56,048 nucleotides of DNA from Oscillospiraceae bacterium (GTDB lineage Bacteria; Bacillota; Clostridia; Oscillospirales; JAGBHD01). Under the pieces are notes generated by a model. It was given only the letters and a program-made list of their open reading frames with translations. It did no database searches and had not been told where the DNA came from. Shown here one piece after another: positions 47,240 through 56,048 of the stretch; position 1 is the stretch's first letter; each line of letters starts with the position of its first letter. The stretch lies in the NCBI GenBank assembly GCA_045592865.1, contig JAZNVP010000015.1, forward strand, positions 1 through 56,048, read 5' to 3'. A program made the position numbers and the translations under genes.

Positions 47240-47743
47240 TTGAATAAGGTTAAAAAGTTGGTGTTTTCGTCTCTTTTGGCCGCGATATACACGGTTCTCA
47301 CCGTCGCCACCCCCTTTATGAGTTACGGCGCAGTCCAGTTCAGAATAAGCGAGGCTATGTGTTTTCTCCCCGCCGTGATGCCTCATAGCACCGTCGGCGT
47401 GGTGCTCGGTTGTTTTATAACCAACCTGCTCGGCGCTTTCTCGGGTGCTAACCCGATAGGTATTATAGATAGCGTTGTAGGAAGCACGGCGACCCTTCTA
47501 TCCTGTCTTGCGGTGAGATACCTTTTCAAAAAGATCAAAAACAGAAAACTTTTAGGACTTATTCTCCCCACTCCCGTTATCCTTTTCAACAGCGTGATTA
47601 TCGGACTCGAACTTGTCCTTATATACCCCCCTGCAACCCTTTTAAAATTTCTGTCTTTTGCAGGATCGGTAGGACTCGGCGAAGCCGCCGTTTTATACAC
47701 GTTAGGAAATATTCTTTTATATTATCTGTTAAAAAAGAAATGA
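47240..47743 (+). CDS. queT: Queuosine-precursor transporter QueT (ECF S-component type membrane protein)
   Basis: Small polytopic membrane protein with ...VQFRISEAMCFLP.... The TTG at 47240 lies 8 nt after AAGGAG. The ORF-track GTG at 47231 overlaps the SD itself. Confidence 0.75.
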   Translation: MNKVKKLVFSSLLAAIYTVLTVATPFMSYGAVQFRISEAMCFLPAVMPHSTVGVVLGCFITNLLGAFSGANPIGIIDSVVGSTATLLSCLAVRYLFKKIKNRKLLGLILPTPVILFNSVIIGLELVLIYPPATLLKFLSFAGSVGLGEAAVLYTLGNILLYYLLKKK

Positions 47744-47754
47744 GGTGAAGACCC

Positions 47755-48348
47755 GTGTGGGAAAAAATATTCATATTTCCGGAAGAACCCGATTTTAACG
47801 TGGTTCCCCCGTTAAAGTTATGTCATTTCCCCTTTGCAAACGGGTCGTGGCGTCCTTTTTGCCACCTTTCAATCTCTTTTGTTAAAAACAAGGGAATAAG
47901 CTGCCGCTTTAAGCCCTTTGAAGCAGAACCCAAAATAAATAAAGATGATATCCTCGGCGGAAACGCATTCACCGTATCCTTTAAAAACCCCGAGAATAAT
48001 CGATATCTAAAACTCACCTTCAGTCCCGATGGGGCCCTTTTAAATGCGCCCGAAAGCAAATTTACCCCCACGGTATCAGCGGCCAAAAAGGGTGAGGACC
48101 AACAGGGCGACTATTTTTTAACGGGCATTTTCCTTTCCCTCTCATTATTGAAGGAACAACTCGGGATAGAGGATATAAAAGAGGGTTCAAAACTCCTTTT
48201 CAACGCCTTTTACAGTATTATGGAGAACGATAAGGGATACACGCCTCACTTTGCTTCCCTATTCGATAATTCCGATAAAAATACCCCTCTCGAAAGGCTA
48301 TCTGACCCCCAGAATAACAGCATTATAACCGCAGTAGAATTTTATTAA
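47755..48348 (+). CDS. Hypothetical cytoplasmic protein (possible CBM9/DOMON-like fold; weak)
   Basis: The GTG at 47755 lies 6 nt after GAGGTGA, which overlaps the queT stop. No terminator lies between queT and this ORF. Only a loose pattern resemblance to CBM9-like proteins is visible. Confidence 0.5.
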   Translation: MWEKIFIFPEEPDFNVVPPLKLCHFPFANGSWRPFCHLSISFVKNKGISCRFKPFEAEPKINKDDILGGNAFTVSFKNPENNRYLKLTFSPDGALLNAPESKFTPTVSAAKKGEDQQGDYFLTGIFLSLSLLKEQLGIEDIKEGSKLLFNAFYSIMENDKGYTPHFASLFDNSDKNTPLERLSDPQNNSIITAVEFY

Positions 48349-48377
48349 AAAACGGCTTAAAAAAGCCGTTTTTTTTG
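48348..48377 (+). terminator. Rho-independent terminator
   Basis: AACGGCTT / AAGCCGTT stem followed by TTTTTTTT. Confidence 0.85.
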
Positions 48378-48387
48378 CATTTTTTAC

Positions 48388-48416
48388 TTGACTTTCAGAG
48401 CGTTTTGTATTATAAT
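48388..48416 (+). promoter_or_regulatory. Sigma-A promoter candidate for ylxM-ffh (TTGACT-17-TATAAT)
   Basis: TTGACT at 48388-48393, 17 nt spacer, TATAAT at 48411-48416. Confidence 0.65.
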
Positions 48417-48469
48417 AAAACCGTAAAGTGTTTCCACTTTACATCTATCGACGGAAGAGGTGTAAAAAG

Positions 48470-48841
48470 GTGGCAAAAGATCTTAAAATTTCGGTTTTGC
48501 TCGACTTTTACGGTAATATGTTGACCGATAAACAGAGAGACGTTCTTGAACTCTATTATAACGAAGATCTTTCCCTTGGTGAGATCGGAAATTATGAGGG
48601 AATAAGCCGTCAGGGAGTCAGAGATTCCATAAAACGCGGCGAAGCAGTTCTCTTGGAACTCGAAGAAAAACTCGGTCTTTATGAAAAAACCAAAAATCTT
48701 GATGATAACCTCAAAGAAATTTTTGAACTCGCTTTAAAAATCGAAGCAGTTAACGATAAATTCTTTTATTCCGCCGATATAACTGCGGCAGCAAAAGAAA
48801 TTCAGAAAAAAGCAGAAAAATCTCTTGAGGCAACAGTTTAG
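48470..48841 (+). CDS. ylxM: UPF0122 / YlxM putative DNA-binding protein
   Basis: LLDFYGNMLTDKQRDVLELYYNEDLSLGEIG (sigma-70 region-4-like HTH). It lies directly upstream of ffh. GTG at 48470 after GAAGAGGTG. Confidence 0.8.
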   Translation: MAKDLKISVLLDFYGNMLTDKQRDVLELYYNEDLSLGEIGNYEGISRQGVRDSIKRGEAVLLELEEKLGLYEKTKNLDDNLKEIFELALKIEAVNDKFFYSADITAAAKEIQKKAEKSLEATV

Positions 48842-48852
48842 GAGGAAACGCA

Positions 48853-50184
48853 TTGGCATTTGAAAGCCTATCCGAAAAACTTTCCGCGGCCTTTAAAAAA
48901 CTCAAGTCGAAAGGAAGGCTCACCGAGGCAGATATCAAAGCCTCAATGCGTGAGATAAAACTTTCTCTCCTTGAAGCCGACGTTAACTATAAGGTTGCAA
49001 AGGATTTCGTTGCAGCAGTCAGCGAGAAATGCTTGGGAGCCGATGTCCTCGAAAGTTTAACACCTGCCCAGCAGGTTATAAAAATAGTTAACTCCGAGCT
49101 TATCTCCTTAATGGGCGGAGATAAGGCTCATAAAATAAATTTTGCATCCAAAGGCCCGTCGGTTATAATGATGTGCGGTCTTCAGGGTGCAGGTAAAACG
49201 ACCCATGCGGCTAAACTCGCAAAATATTTTAAGGATAACGAAAAACGCCCCTTGCTCGTCGGATGCGACGTTTATAGACCTGCCGCTATCGATCAGCTCA
49301 AGATCGTCGGTGAAAAAGCAGGTGTCCCCGTTTACGAGGAAGGTCAGGGCAACCCCGTAGAAATAGCGCGTCACGCTGTTTCTCACGCTAAGGACCACGG
49401 AAACGATATCGTTATTCTCGACACCGCGGGCCGCCTTCATATCGACACCGAGCTTATGAATGAGCTTAAAGATATAAAAGCAAAAACCGAGCCGAGCGAG
49501 ATAATCTTAGTGCTCGACGCTATGACCGGTCAGGACGCGGTTAACGTGGCTTCCACCTTCAACGAAGCATTGGGGTTCGATTCCGTTATCCTCACCAAGC
49601 TCGACGGTGATACCCGAGGCGGTGCCGCCCTTTCGATCTTAAGCGTAACGAGTAAGCCGGTAAAATTCGCAGGTATTGGTGAAAAAATAACCGACCTCGA
49701 GCCTTTCCATCCCGAAAGAATGGCTTCAAGAATTTTAGGAATGGGCGATATGCTCACCCTTATCGAAAAAGCCGAAAAGGAATTTGATGAAAAGGAAGCC
49801 TTAAAACTTACCAAAAAGATCAAGGAAAATAAATTCGATCTCAACGATCTTTTAGACCAGATGCAGCAGATAAGAAAAATGGGCTCTATCCAGGATATCC
49901 TCGGAATGATCCCCGGTGCATCTAAAATAAACCCTAACGATATCGATGAGAAAAAGCTTTTCGTTACCGAAGCCGTCATTCAGTCGATGACCAAAAAGGA
50001 AAGAGAAAAGCCCTCTATAATAAATCCTTCAAGGAAAAGAAGAATTGCCGCAGGCAGCGGAACCGAGGTTCAGGACGTTAACAGGGTTTTAAAGCAGTAT
50101 GAACAGATGAATAAAATGTTCAAGCAGATGGGAAAAATGAAGGGCAAAAAAGGAAGATTTAACCCATCAATGTTCGGTATGTAA
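48853..50184 (+). CDS. ffh: Signal recognition particle protein
   Basis: GLQGAGKTT, DTAGR, TKLDGD, and a Met-rich M-domain. TTG start 7 nt after AGGAGG. Confidence 0.95.
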   Translation: MAFESLSEKLSAAFKKLKSKGRLTEADIKASMREIKLSLLEADVNYKVAKDFVAAVSEKCLGADVLESLTPAQQVIKIVNSELISLMGGDKAHKINFASKGPSVIMMCGLQGAGKTTHAAKLAKYFKDNEKRPLLVGCDVYRPAAIDQLKIVGEKAGVPVYEEGQGNPVEIARHAVSHAKDHGNDIVILDTAGRLHIDTELMNELKDIKAKTEPSEIILVLDAMTGQDAVNVASTFNEALGFDSVILTKLDGDTRGGAALSILSVTSKPVKFAGIGEKITDLEPFHPERMASRILGMGDMLTLIEKAEKEFDEKEALKLTKKIKENKFDLNDLLDQMQQIRKMGSIQDILGMIPGASKINPNDIDEKKLFVTEAVIQSMTKKEREKPSIINPSRKRRIAAGSGTEVQDVNRVLKQYEQMNKMFKQMGKMKGKKGRFNPSMFGM

Positions 50185-50238
50185 TCCAAATTGGATTCAG
50201 ATATAAAAATTTTTAATCACTTTTGGGGGTGAATTATT

Positions 50239-50481
50239 ATGGCAGTTAAAATCAGACTTCGCAGAATGGGTGCTAAGAAGAATCCTTTCTACAGAATCGT
50301 AGTAGCAGACTCCAGATACCCGAGAGACGGTAGATTTATCGAGGAAATCGGTTATTATGATCCGATGCCCAATCCGTCTGTAGTAAAGGTTGATGCAGAG
50401 AAGGCTAAAAACTGGATCTCAAACGGTGCTCAGCCTACTGATACCGTTAAAGTGCTTCTGAAAAAAGAAGGTATTCTTTAA
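50239..50481 (+). CDS. rpsP: 30S ribosomal protein S16
   Basis: [26 protein letters not shown]. Confidence 0.95.
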   Translation: MAVKIRLRRMGAKKNPFYRIVVADSRYPRDGRFIEEIGYYDPMPNPSVVKVDAEKAKNWISNGAQPTDTVKVLLKKEGIL

Positions 50482-50520
50482 TCGGTAAGATCGCCGATTA
50501 AGTTCGGCATCCGCAATTTA

Positions 50521-50547
50521 AAAGCCCCTGTTTCTCGGGGCTTTTTA
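50521..50547 (+). terminator. Rho-independent terminator/attenuator after rpsP
   Basis: AAGCCCC / GGGGCTT stem followed by TTTT. Confidence 0.7.
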
Positions 50548-50592
50548 GGACGCCTTTTTATAAAGGCTCATATAGGAAAGGAAACTCTTAAA

Positions 50593-50832
50593 ATGGATAT
50601 GACTAATCTCATTAAAACCATCGCAGAGGGCCTTGTTGACGATAAGAGCGCGGTTAAAGTCACCGCCGACGAACCTAACGAAAACGGTGTCGTTGTTTAC
50701 CATCTTAACGTAGCACCCGATGATATGGGAAGAGTAATCGGAAAGAAAGGCAGAATTGCAAAAGCAATGCGCTCCATTGTTAAAAGCGCCGCTATAAAAA
50801 ATAACGTGTCTGTCTTGGTCGAGATTGACTAA
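50593..50832 (+). CDS. khpA: KH-domain RNA-binding protein (YlqC/KhpA)
   Basis: LNVAPDDMGRVIGKKGRIAKAMRSIVKSAA (GxxG KH motif), 79 aa, located downstream of rpsP. Confidence 0.85.
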   Translation: MDMTNLIKTIAEGLVDDKSAVKVTADEPNENGVVVYHLNVAPDDMGRVIGKKGRIAKAMRSIVKSAAIKNNVSVLVEID

Positions 50833-50836
50833 TCTT

Positions 50837-50862
50837 AAACGGTCGCTCCGGCGGCCGTTTTT
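50837..50862 (+). terminator. Rho-independent terminator after khpA
   Basis: AAACGGTCGC / GCGGCCGTTT stem followed by TT(C)ATT. Confidence 0.7.
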
Positions 50863-50874
50863 CATTAGAAAGGA

Positions 50875-51492
50875 ATGGAGTTTATGTCTTCTAAGGAAGA
50901 ATTGAAAGTTGAAGCCGAAGCCTTTTTCGGAGAATTCAAAAAGGTTCAGAAAGAATATAATCGCCTTATGGCTCTCCGCGAGGAGAAATTAGGGGTCCTC
51001 GGATATATAAGCTATGCCACGCTTTTCGTAGGCGTTATGGCACTTGTAGCGCTAAGAATAAACAGCTTCAAGGGAGCGTATCTCTATATCCTTATAGGTG
51101 CCCTCGTCGCCGCTTCTGCTATTTATATCCTCGTAAGCCAGATATTTATCGGTATATACGAGAAAAAAGGCAAGAAGAAAAGGGATAAGGAATTTTCCGA
51201 AATAAAGACGCAGTATAATAAACTCCTCAGTAAAAGAGACTTCTACCTCGCCCTCAAAGAATGCGATTTCGACGAAGAAAAAGCGGCTAAACTTATAAAG
51301 GACAGAGCCGCCGCCGAAAAACAGAGAAAGGCAGAAGAAAAACAAAAAAGAACCGTCGTTAAAAATAGGTTCGACGATAGCGTATGTGTTTACTGTAAAA
51401 AAGGCATCTGTAACTTTGAGGCAGACGAAACGGTTTACTCCTTCAGATGTAACCCCGAAAACTGCCAGTGGAAAAGCAATAAAAAACTGTAA
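50875..51492 (+). CDS. Hypothetical membrane protein: two TM helices, a Lys/Glu-rich coiled segment and a C-terminal Cys-rich (zinc-ribbon-like) tail
   Basis: TM segments VLGYISYATLFVGVMALVAL and AYLYILIGALVAASAIYILVSQIFIGI. C-terminal CVYCKKGIC-x13-C-x5-C. No family recognised. The start could be either 50875 or 50884. Confidence 0.5.
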   Translation: MEFMSSKEELKVEAEAFFGEFKKVQKEYNRLMALREEKLGVLGYISYATLFVGVMALVALRINSFKGAYLYILIGALVAASAIYILVSQIFIGIYEKKGKKKRDKEFSEIKTQYNKLLSKRDFYLALKECDFDEEKAAKLIKDRAAAEKQRKAEEKQKRTVVKNRFDDSVCVYCKKGICNFEADETVYSFRCNPENCQWKSNKKL

Positions 51493-51497
51493 GCGCG

Positions 51498-51710
51498 GTG
51501 TCCGATATGATAAAATTAAATGCTTTAGAATTGCTCCGTAAAAACGGCAAAACAAAATACTGGCTTTATAAACAGCTCGGTATGAGTTATCAGAATTTCA
51601 GCAGAATGGTAAACAACCAGACAAAATCCATAAGATACGAAAACATCGAAACAATGTGTCTGCTTTTCGGTTGCACACCTAACGAGCTTTTCACAATAAC
51701 AGAAGACTAA
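51498..51710 (+). CDS. Small XRE/Cro-type helix-turn-helix protein
   Basis: KYWLYKQLGMSYQNFSRMVNNQTKSIRYENIETMCLLFGCTPNELF. It begins 5 nt after the preceding ORF. The RBS is weak. An ATG at 51507 is an alternative start. Confidence 0.6.
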   Translation: MSDMIKLNALELLRKNGKTKYWLYKQLGMSYQNFSRMVNNQTKSIRYENIETMCLLFGCTPNELFTITED

Positions 51711-51748
51711 AAAACTCCCGAAAGGTTAAAAACTTTCGGGAGTTTTTT
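51711..51748. terminator. Bidirectional rho-independent terminator
   Basis: AAAACTCCCGAAAG / CTTTCGGGAGTTTT, between convergent genes. Confidence 0.85.
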
Positions 51749-51751
51749 AAA

Positions 51752-51949
51752 TTATTTACCTAAAAATTCGTTAAGCTTTGCAACGAAATCGTCAGCGTCA
51801 ACGCCGTGAACCGCACAAGCGTCCTCTATTGATTCTCCTCTTGCGGAAGGACAACCCAAGCAGTGCATTCCCATCTCAAAGAAAAGGGGTGCAGTTTCGG
51901 GCGCCATATCAAGAACCGAGCCAACGACCATATCCTTTGTTATCTCCAT
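51752..51949 (-). CDS. DUF1858-type small redox-disulfide domain protein
   Basis: 65 aa with MHCLGCP, as in the hybrid-cluster-protein-associated redox disulfide domain. Confidence 0.6.
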   Translation of the reverse strand: MEITKDMVVGSVLDMAPETAPLFFEMGMHCLGCPSARGESIEDACAVHGVDADDFVAKLNEFLGK

Positions 51950-52725
51950 TTTTCATTTCTCCTTTCCTTCATTTTATTTTCAGCTGCGTTTCTACCCTTT
52001 AATGCGGCAGTTCGCAAAGCAATGATCTCTTCTTTTTTGAGCATTCTGTAGTTACCCGGAGAAAGCATTCCGAGTTTAACAGGTCCCTCAGCAAACCTTT
52101 TAAGACGGACAACCGTTAAATTCTGGCTTTCGCACATCTTTCTTATCTCTCGGTTTCTTCCCTCGGTTAAAATAAATTCCATAACCGTTCTGTTTTCAGA
52201 CGTATCGTCAATAACGTGAATGGTTGCAGGGGCGGTTTTTCTACCGTCTATTTCAACGCCAACCGAAAGATTAACAATCTGCTCTTCGGTAACCTTCTCT
52301 CTGACTGTAACCCTGTAATGCTTCTTAATATTGCTTTTCGGATGCATTATAAGGTTTGCAAACTCGCCGTCGTTAGTCATAAGAAGAAGTCCCTCGGAGT
52401 CCTTGTCAAGCCTTCCGATAGGATAAACCCTCTCACCGAGATCGCTAACAAGCTCTGCAACGCATTTCCTGTCCATCTCGTCCTTAAGGGTGGTAACGTA
52501 TCCCCTCGGCTTGTAAAGCATTAAATAAATAAACTGCTTTTTCTTTTCAAAATATATTCTTTCCCCCGATACCGCTATAATATCACGATTGGGGTCTGCC
52601 TTATCGCCTAATTGGGTAGGTCTTCCGTTAACCGTAACCTTCCCTGCCGAAATAAGTTCTTCCGCCTTTCTTCTCGAGCAGTATCCCGATAAAGAAAGAA
52701 GCTTCTGAAGCCTTTCTGCTGCCAT
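51940..52725 (-). CDS. rluB: Pseudouridine synthase, RsuA/RluB family
   Basis: S4 domain (RLQKLLSLSGYCSRRKAEELI) and catalytic motif GRLDKDSEGLLLMTNDG. Confidence 0.8.
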   Translation of the reverse strand: MAAERLQKLLSLSGYCSRRKAEELISAGKVTVNGRPTQLGDKADPNRDIIAVSGERIYFEKKKQFIYLMLYKPRGYVTTLKDEMDRKCVAELVSDLGERVYPIGRLDKDSEGLLLMTNDGEFANLIMHPKSNIKKHYRVTVREKVTEEQIVNLSVGVEIDGRKTAPATIHVIDDTSENRTVMEFILTEGRNREIRKMCESQNLTVVRLKRFAEGPVKLGMLSPGNYRMLKKEEIIALRTAALKGRNAAENKMKERRNEKWR

Positions 52726-53384
52726 TATTCCCCCTCCTTCTTCATAACCGCGATCATACCGTCTCCAATAGGTATGAGCGAGGAATAGAGCGTCTTATCA
52801 TTCGTAAGCTCCTCTAAAAATGAGCGAAGCCTTTTAACTATCGTCATATCCCGCCTTGTGCTCCTCGAACTTTCTGCAACGAGCCCGTCGAACAAAACGT
52901 CATCCGCCAGAAAAATTCCGCCGGGGGCTAAAAGCCTTAAGCATTCAGGCAAAAACGCAGGATACTGTCCCTTCGCGGCATCAAGGAAAATAAGATCGTA
53001 TTCCCCCTTTAAAGAAGGCAGTATCTCAGATGCCTGACCCTCTAAAAGAGTAATGTTCCCCTCTTTATCAAACCGCTCGAAATTCTCCTTTGCCCTGCGG
53101 ATCATATAATCATATCGGTCGATTGTTTCAATCTTCGCGTCAGGACAAACGTTCTTCATAAGTATCGCCGAAAAACCAACGCAGGTTCCGATTTCCAAAA
53201 TGCGCTTCGGTTTCTTCAATGCGCATAAAAACTGCAAAAATCTTGCCGCCGACGGCCTTATAATAGGCAGATGCTCATTCTCTCGGAGTTCTTTTTCGAG
53301 CACCTCGGTGTCTCCGTCAAGAGAAGAAAGGTTACTGTTCAAAAACTCTGTTATAAAAGGATAATTTATCATTTCCTCATACAT
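52725..53384 (-). CDS. Class I SAM-dependent O-methyltransferase (family 3, YrrM/TrmR-like)
   Basis: [15 protein letters not shown] (motif I), FLDAAKGQY, and 219 aa. TAATG overlap with rluB. Confidence 0.7.
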   Translation of the reverse strand: MYEEMINYPFITEFLNSNLSSLDGDTEVLEKELRENEHLPIIRPSAARFLQFLCALKKPKRILEIGTCVGFSAILMKNVCPDAKIETIDRYDYMIRRAKENFERFDKEGNITLLEGQASEILPSLKGEYDLIFLDAAKGQYPAFLPECLRLLAPGGIFLADDVLFDGLVAESSRSTRRDMTIVKRLRSFLEELTNDKTLYSSLIPIGDGMIAVMKKEGE

Positions 53385-54045
53385 TTTCTTTCACCTTTCT
53401 CGCAATAAGCATCTTTATCGGCACACCCACCTCTGAAAACATCCTCTCGTGCTCGGTCAAAACGTTTCCTTCGGGCCTTTCTTTGTGTAGATCCCGCGTT
53501 AAGTAGGTTACCTCAAACCCGCTCTCCTTAAAATAATCAAGGCTTTCATTAAAAAGCTCGGAAGAATCGGTCTTAAAATATATCTCACCGTCATCAGAAA
53601 GAAACTCGCGGTATTTGAGAAGCTGACGGGTATGAGTAAGCCTTCGTTTTTTATGCCTGTCCTTCGGCCAAGGGTTCGGGAAATTTATGTAAATTCTGTC
53701 CACCCTGTCGCTCTCCGACATCATAAGGTCGATCCTCTCAATATCGTGCGACATTATGAAAACGTTATCAATTTCCCTCTGTTTTTCCTTAAAACGAGCC
53801 TCAATATTCCGCTTAGCAAGAACAAGAACCTCGCTTTTTATATCGATCCCAAGGTAATTAGTGTCGGGATTGTCCGCCGAAAGCGAGGCTATAAACCCGC
53901 CTTTTCCGCACCCGAGTTCAATATGCAACGGCGCCTTTCTTTTGAAAAGACCGTGCCATTTTCCATAAAAATCCAAGGGATTTGGGGTATTAAAAAAACA
54001 TTCCGCAAGTTCAGGCCGCGCATACGGCTTTCTTCTCATTCGCAT
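53377..54045 (-). CDS. trmB: tRNA (guanine-N7)-methyltransferase
   Basis: [22 protein letters not shown] and related motifs. 222 aa. Confidence 0.85.
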   Translation of the reverse strand: MRMRRKPYARPELAECFFNTPNPLDFYGKWHGLFKRKAPLHIELGCGKGGFIASLSADNPDTNYLGIDIKSEVLVLAKRNIEARFKEKQREIDNVFIMSHDIERIDLMMSESDRVDRIYINFPNPWPKDRHKKRRLTHTRQLLKYREFLSDDGEIYFKTDSSELFNESLDYFKESGFEVTYLTRDLHKERPEGNVLTEHERMFSEVGVPIKMLIARKVKENV

Positions 54046-54065
54046 AGTTTGTTTTCTCCAAAAAG

Positions 54066-54096
54066 TTTTTTACCGCTCTTCTGAGAGCGGTAAAAA
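54066..54096 (-). terminator. Hairpin terminator candidate after clpX
   Basis: ACCGCTC / GAGCGGT stem flanked by A and T runs. On the minus strand the tail is A-rich before CTTTTT, so function is uncertain. Confidence 0.45.
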
Positions 54097-54097
54097 T

Positions 54098-55405
54098 TTA
54101 ACCTGCATAATCTTTTTTCCTGATGGGCGCCGTGGTCGTCAACTTCACGGGTTCACGGTTTTTATTGTGAATAACCTTAGGAAGTCCGCCGCGGACACTC
54201 TCGGGAGTTATAACTTTCTTTTCAATAGTGTAATCACTGGGCGCCGCAAACATAACGGGGGTCAGAAGCTCCTCAATAATGGAACGAAGTCCCCTCGCAC
54301 CCGTTTTTCTCTCTATCGCCTTCTCAGCGATAAGACGAAGCGCCTCTTCTTCGAACTCTATCTCAACGTTATCCATCTTCAAAAGCTTGGTATACTGTTT
54401 AACAAGCGAGTTCTTAGGCTCCAAGAGTATCTTGGTAAGATGCTCCGCCGTCAAAGGCTCAAGCGCCGCTATAACGGGAAGACGGCCTATAAGCTCAGGG
54501 ATAATTCCAAACTTAACGAGGTCGTGAGGAATAACCTTAGCGAGAACCTCTTTTCCCTCAGCTTCGCGTTTAGCAACAACCGTGCCGCCGAAACCGAGAA
54601 CCGATTTCTTATCCCTTTCCATAATAATCTTTTCAAGACCGTCGAAAGCACCGCCGCAGATAAAAAGAATGTTTGTGGTGTCGATCTTAAGCATCTCCTG
54701 TTGAGGATGCTTTCTTCCGCCCTGAGGCGGAACCGAAGCCACAGTGCCCTCTAAAATCTTAAGAAGCGCCTGCTGAACACCCTCACCGCTAACGTCTCTC
54801 GTAATAGAGGTGTTCTCGGATTTTCGGGATATCTTATCTATCTCGTCAATATAAATAATTCCTCTCTCTGCAAGAGAAATATCGTAATCTGCATTCTGAA
54901 TAAGACGAAGCAGAATGTTCTCAACGTCATCGCCAACGTAACCCGCTTCGGTAAGCGTGGTCGCATCGGCAATAGCGAAAGGAACACTCAGAAGCTTTGC
55001 AAGGGTCGAAGCGAGAAGCGTCTTACCAACGCCCGTAGGACCCAAAAGCAAAACGTTGCTCTTCTGAATTTCAACGTCATCATCGGCGCCGTTTTCCGCA
55101 AAGAATATCCTCTTATAATGGTTGTAAACCGCAACCGAAAGAGAAACCTTCGCTTCGTCCTGCCCGATAACGTATTGGTCGAGAAACTCCTTCATCTCGG
55201 AAGGATTAGGCAAAACCGTTTCAGAACCTTTTCTATTCTTTTTCTTTTTGGGTTCTTCCTCAGTATCGTTAAGGAGCGAATAACAAAGCGAAATACATTC
55301 CTCGCAAATAACTCCACCGGGTCCCTGAATAAACCTCGTTTCATCGCTTTCTGTCTTACCGCAGAAAATACAATGAAGCGGCGGCTTCTGATTATTGTTT
55401 GCCAT
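54098..55405 (-). CDS. clpX: ATP-dependent Clp protease ATP-binding subunit ClpX
   Basis: N-terminal zinc finger CIFCGK...CEEC, Walker A GPTGVGKT, and IDEIDK. Confidence 0.95.
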   Translation of the reverse strand: MANNNQKPPLHCIFCGKTESDETRFIQGPGGVICEECISLCYSLLNDTEEEPKKKKNRKGSETVLPNPSEMKEFLDQYVIGQDEAKVSLSVAVYNHYKRIFFAENGADDDVEIQKSNVLLLGPTGVGKTLLASTLAKLLSVPFAIADATTLTEAGYVGDDVENILLRLIQNADYDISLAERGIIYIDEIDKISRKSENTSITRDVSGEGVQQALLKILEGTVASVPPQGGRKHPQQEMLKIDTTNILFICGGAFDGLEKIIMERDKKSVLGFGGTVVAKREAEGKEVLAKVIPHDLVKFGIIPELIGRLPVIAALEPLTAEHLTKILLEPKNSLVKQYTKLLKMDNVEIEFEEEALRLIAEKAIERKTGARGLRSIIEELLTPVMFAAPSDYTIEKKVITPESVRGGLPKVIHNKNREPVKLTTTAPIRKKDYAG

Positions 55406-55417
55406 CAGAAATCTCCT

Positions 55418-56002
55418 TTAATCTCTTTTGTAAAGAACCTTGTCGATAAGTCCGTATTCCAAAGCGGCATCCGCTTCCATAAAATTATCTCTCTCGGTAT
55501 CTCTTGCGATCTCCTCAACCGATCTTCCGGTATTGGAAGCAAGAATCTCGTTGAGCTTTTCTTTCATTCTGATAATTCTGTCAGCGTGAATCTTAATGTC
55601 GGTCGCCTGACCCTTCATACCGCCCAAAGGCTGATGAATCATTATCTCACTGTTAGGAAGAGCAAATCTCTTGCCCTTAGCACCGCTCGAGAGTAAAAAC
55701 GCACCCATCGAAGCCGCCATACCGATGCAGATGGTGGAAACGTCGCACTTAACGTATTGCATGGTGTCGTATATCGCCATACCTGCAGTAATGGAACCGC
55801 CGGGGCTGTTAATATAAAGGCAGATATCCTTCTCGGGATCCTGACCCTCAAGATATAAAAGTTGAGCCACAACTAAACTTGCGGTGGTATCGTTAACCTC
55901 ATCCGAAAGCATAATAATTCTGTCGTTAAGAAGTCTCGAAAAAATATCGTAGCTTCTCTCTCCTCTGTTTGTCTGTTCAACGACCATAGGAACTAAACTC
56001 AT
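55418..56002 (-). CDS. clpP: ATP-dependent Clp protease proteolytic subunit
   Basis: [11 protein letters not shown], active-site GMAASMG, IHQP. The ATG at 56002 lies 7 nt after GGAGG. The ORF-track TTG at 56017 overlaps the SD. Confidence 0.95.
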   Translation of the reverse strand: MSLVPMVVEQTNRGERSYDIFSRLLNDRIIMLSDEVNDTTASLVVAQLLYLEGQDPEKDICLYINSPGGSITAGMAIYDTMQYVKCDVSTICIGMAASMGAFLLSSGAKGKRFALPNSEIMIHQPLGGMKGQATDIKIHADRIIRMKEKLNEILASNTGRSVEEIARDTERDNFMEADAALEYGLIDKVLYKRD

Positions 56003-56048
56003 ATCTTTGTCCTCCAAACTTAAATAATTTGTGATATTAGAACGAATG

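Noticed and set aside
1-56048. CRISPR arrays, IS elements, transposases, integrases, prophage genes, tRNA and rRNA genes.
   Set aside because: No direct-repeat/spacer periodicity, no transposase- or recombinase-like ORFs, and no tRNA- or rRNA-like conserved segments were seen in any intergenic region. All gaps longer than 100 nt were read individually.

Overview
This window reads as chromosomal DNA from a low-GC, endospore-forming Firmicute of the Clostridia type. The evidence is spoIIR, addAB, the tilS-hpt-ftsH and ylxM-ffh-rpsP-khpA gene orders, AGGAGG-type ribosome-binding sites and TTGACA/TATAAT promoters. I found no rRNA, tRNA, CRISPR array, transposase or integrase.

The left third (1-17.8 kb) is accessory-like:
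- a truncated GH2 glycosidase;
- an L-rhamnose catabolic set (fucO, an AraC regulator, rhaB-rhaA-rhaD) that is split by a dinB / XRE repressor / ImmA-IrrE protease trio;
- a five-gene minus-strand operon encoding a response regulator, a histidine kinase, a bacterial VTC (polyphosphate-polymerase-like) protein, a DUF4956 membrane protein and a beta-helix lipoprotein;
- two tandem cytoplasmic BNR/sialidase-like paralogues with their own AraC regulator.

The remainder (17.8-56 kb) is core housekeeping: addAB, spoIIR, ispE, an aminotransferase with Lrp, a ttcA-like gene, parE/parC, ftsH, hpt, tilS, dnaB, rplI, RNase J, rnhA, nifS-nifU-mnmA, a preQ1-I riboswitch with queT, ylxM-ffh-rpsP-khpA, rluB, trmB and clpX/clpP.

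The three candidates most worth follow-up are:
1. the uncharacterised RR-HK-VTC-DUF4956-lipoprotein operon;
2. a mirror-symmetric pair of perfect, face-to-face consensus promoters with a central dyad operator between dinB and xre-immA, which suggests a LexA-independent damage switch;
3. an unknown ORF apparently co-transcribed with queT behind the preQ1 riboswitch.

All family calls come from reading motifs by eye. No database search was run.
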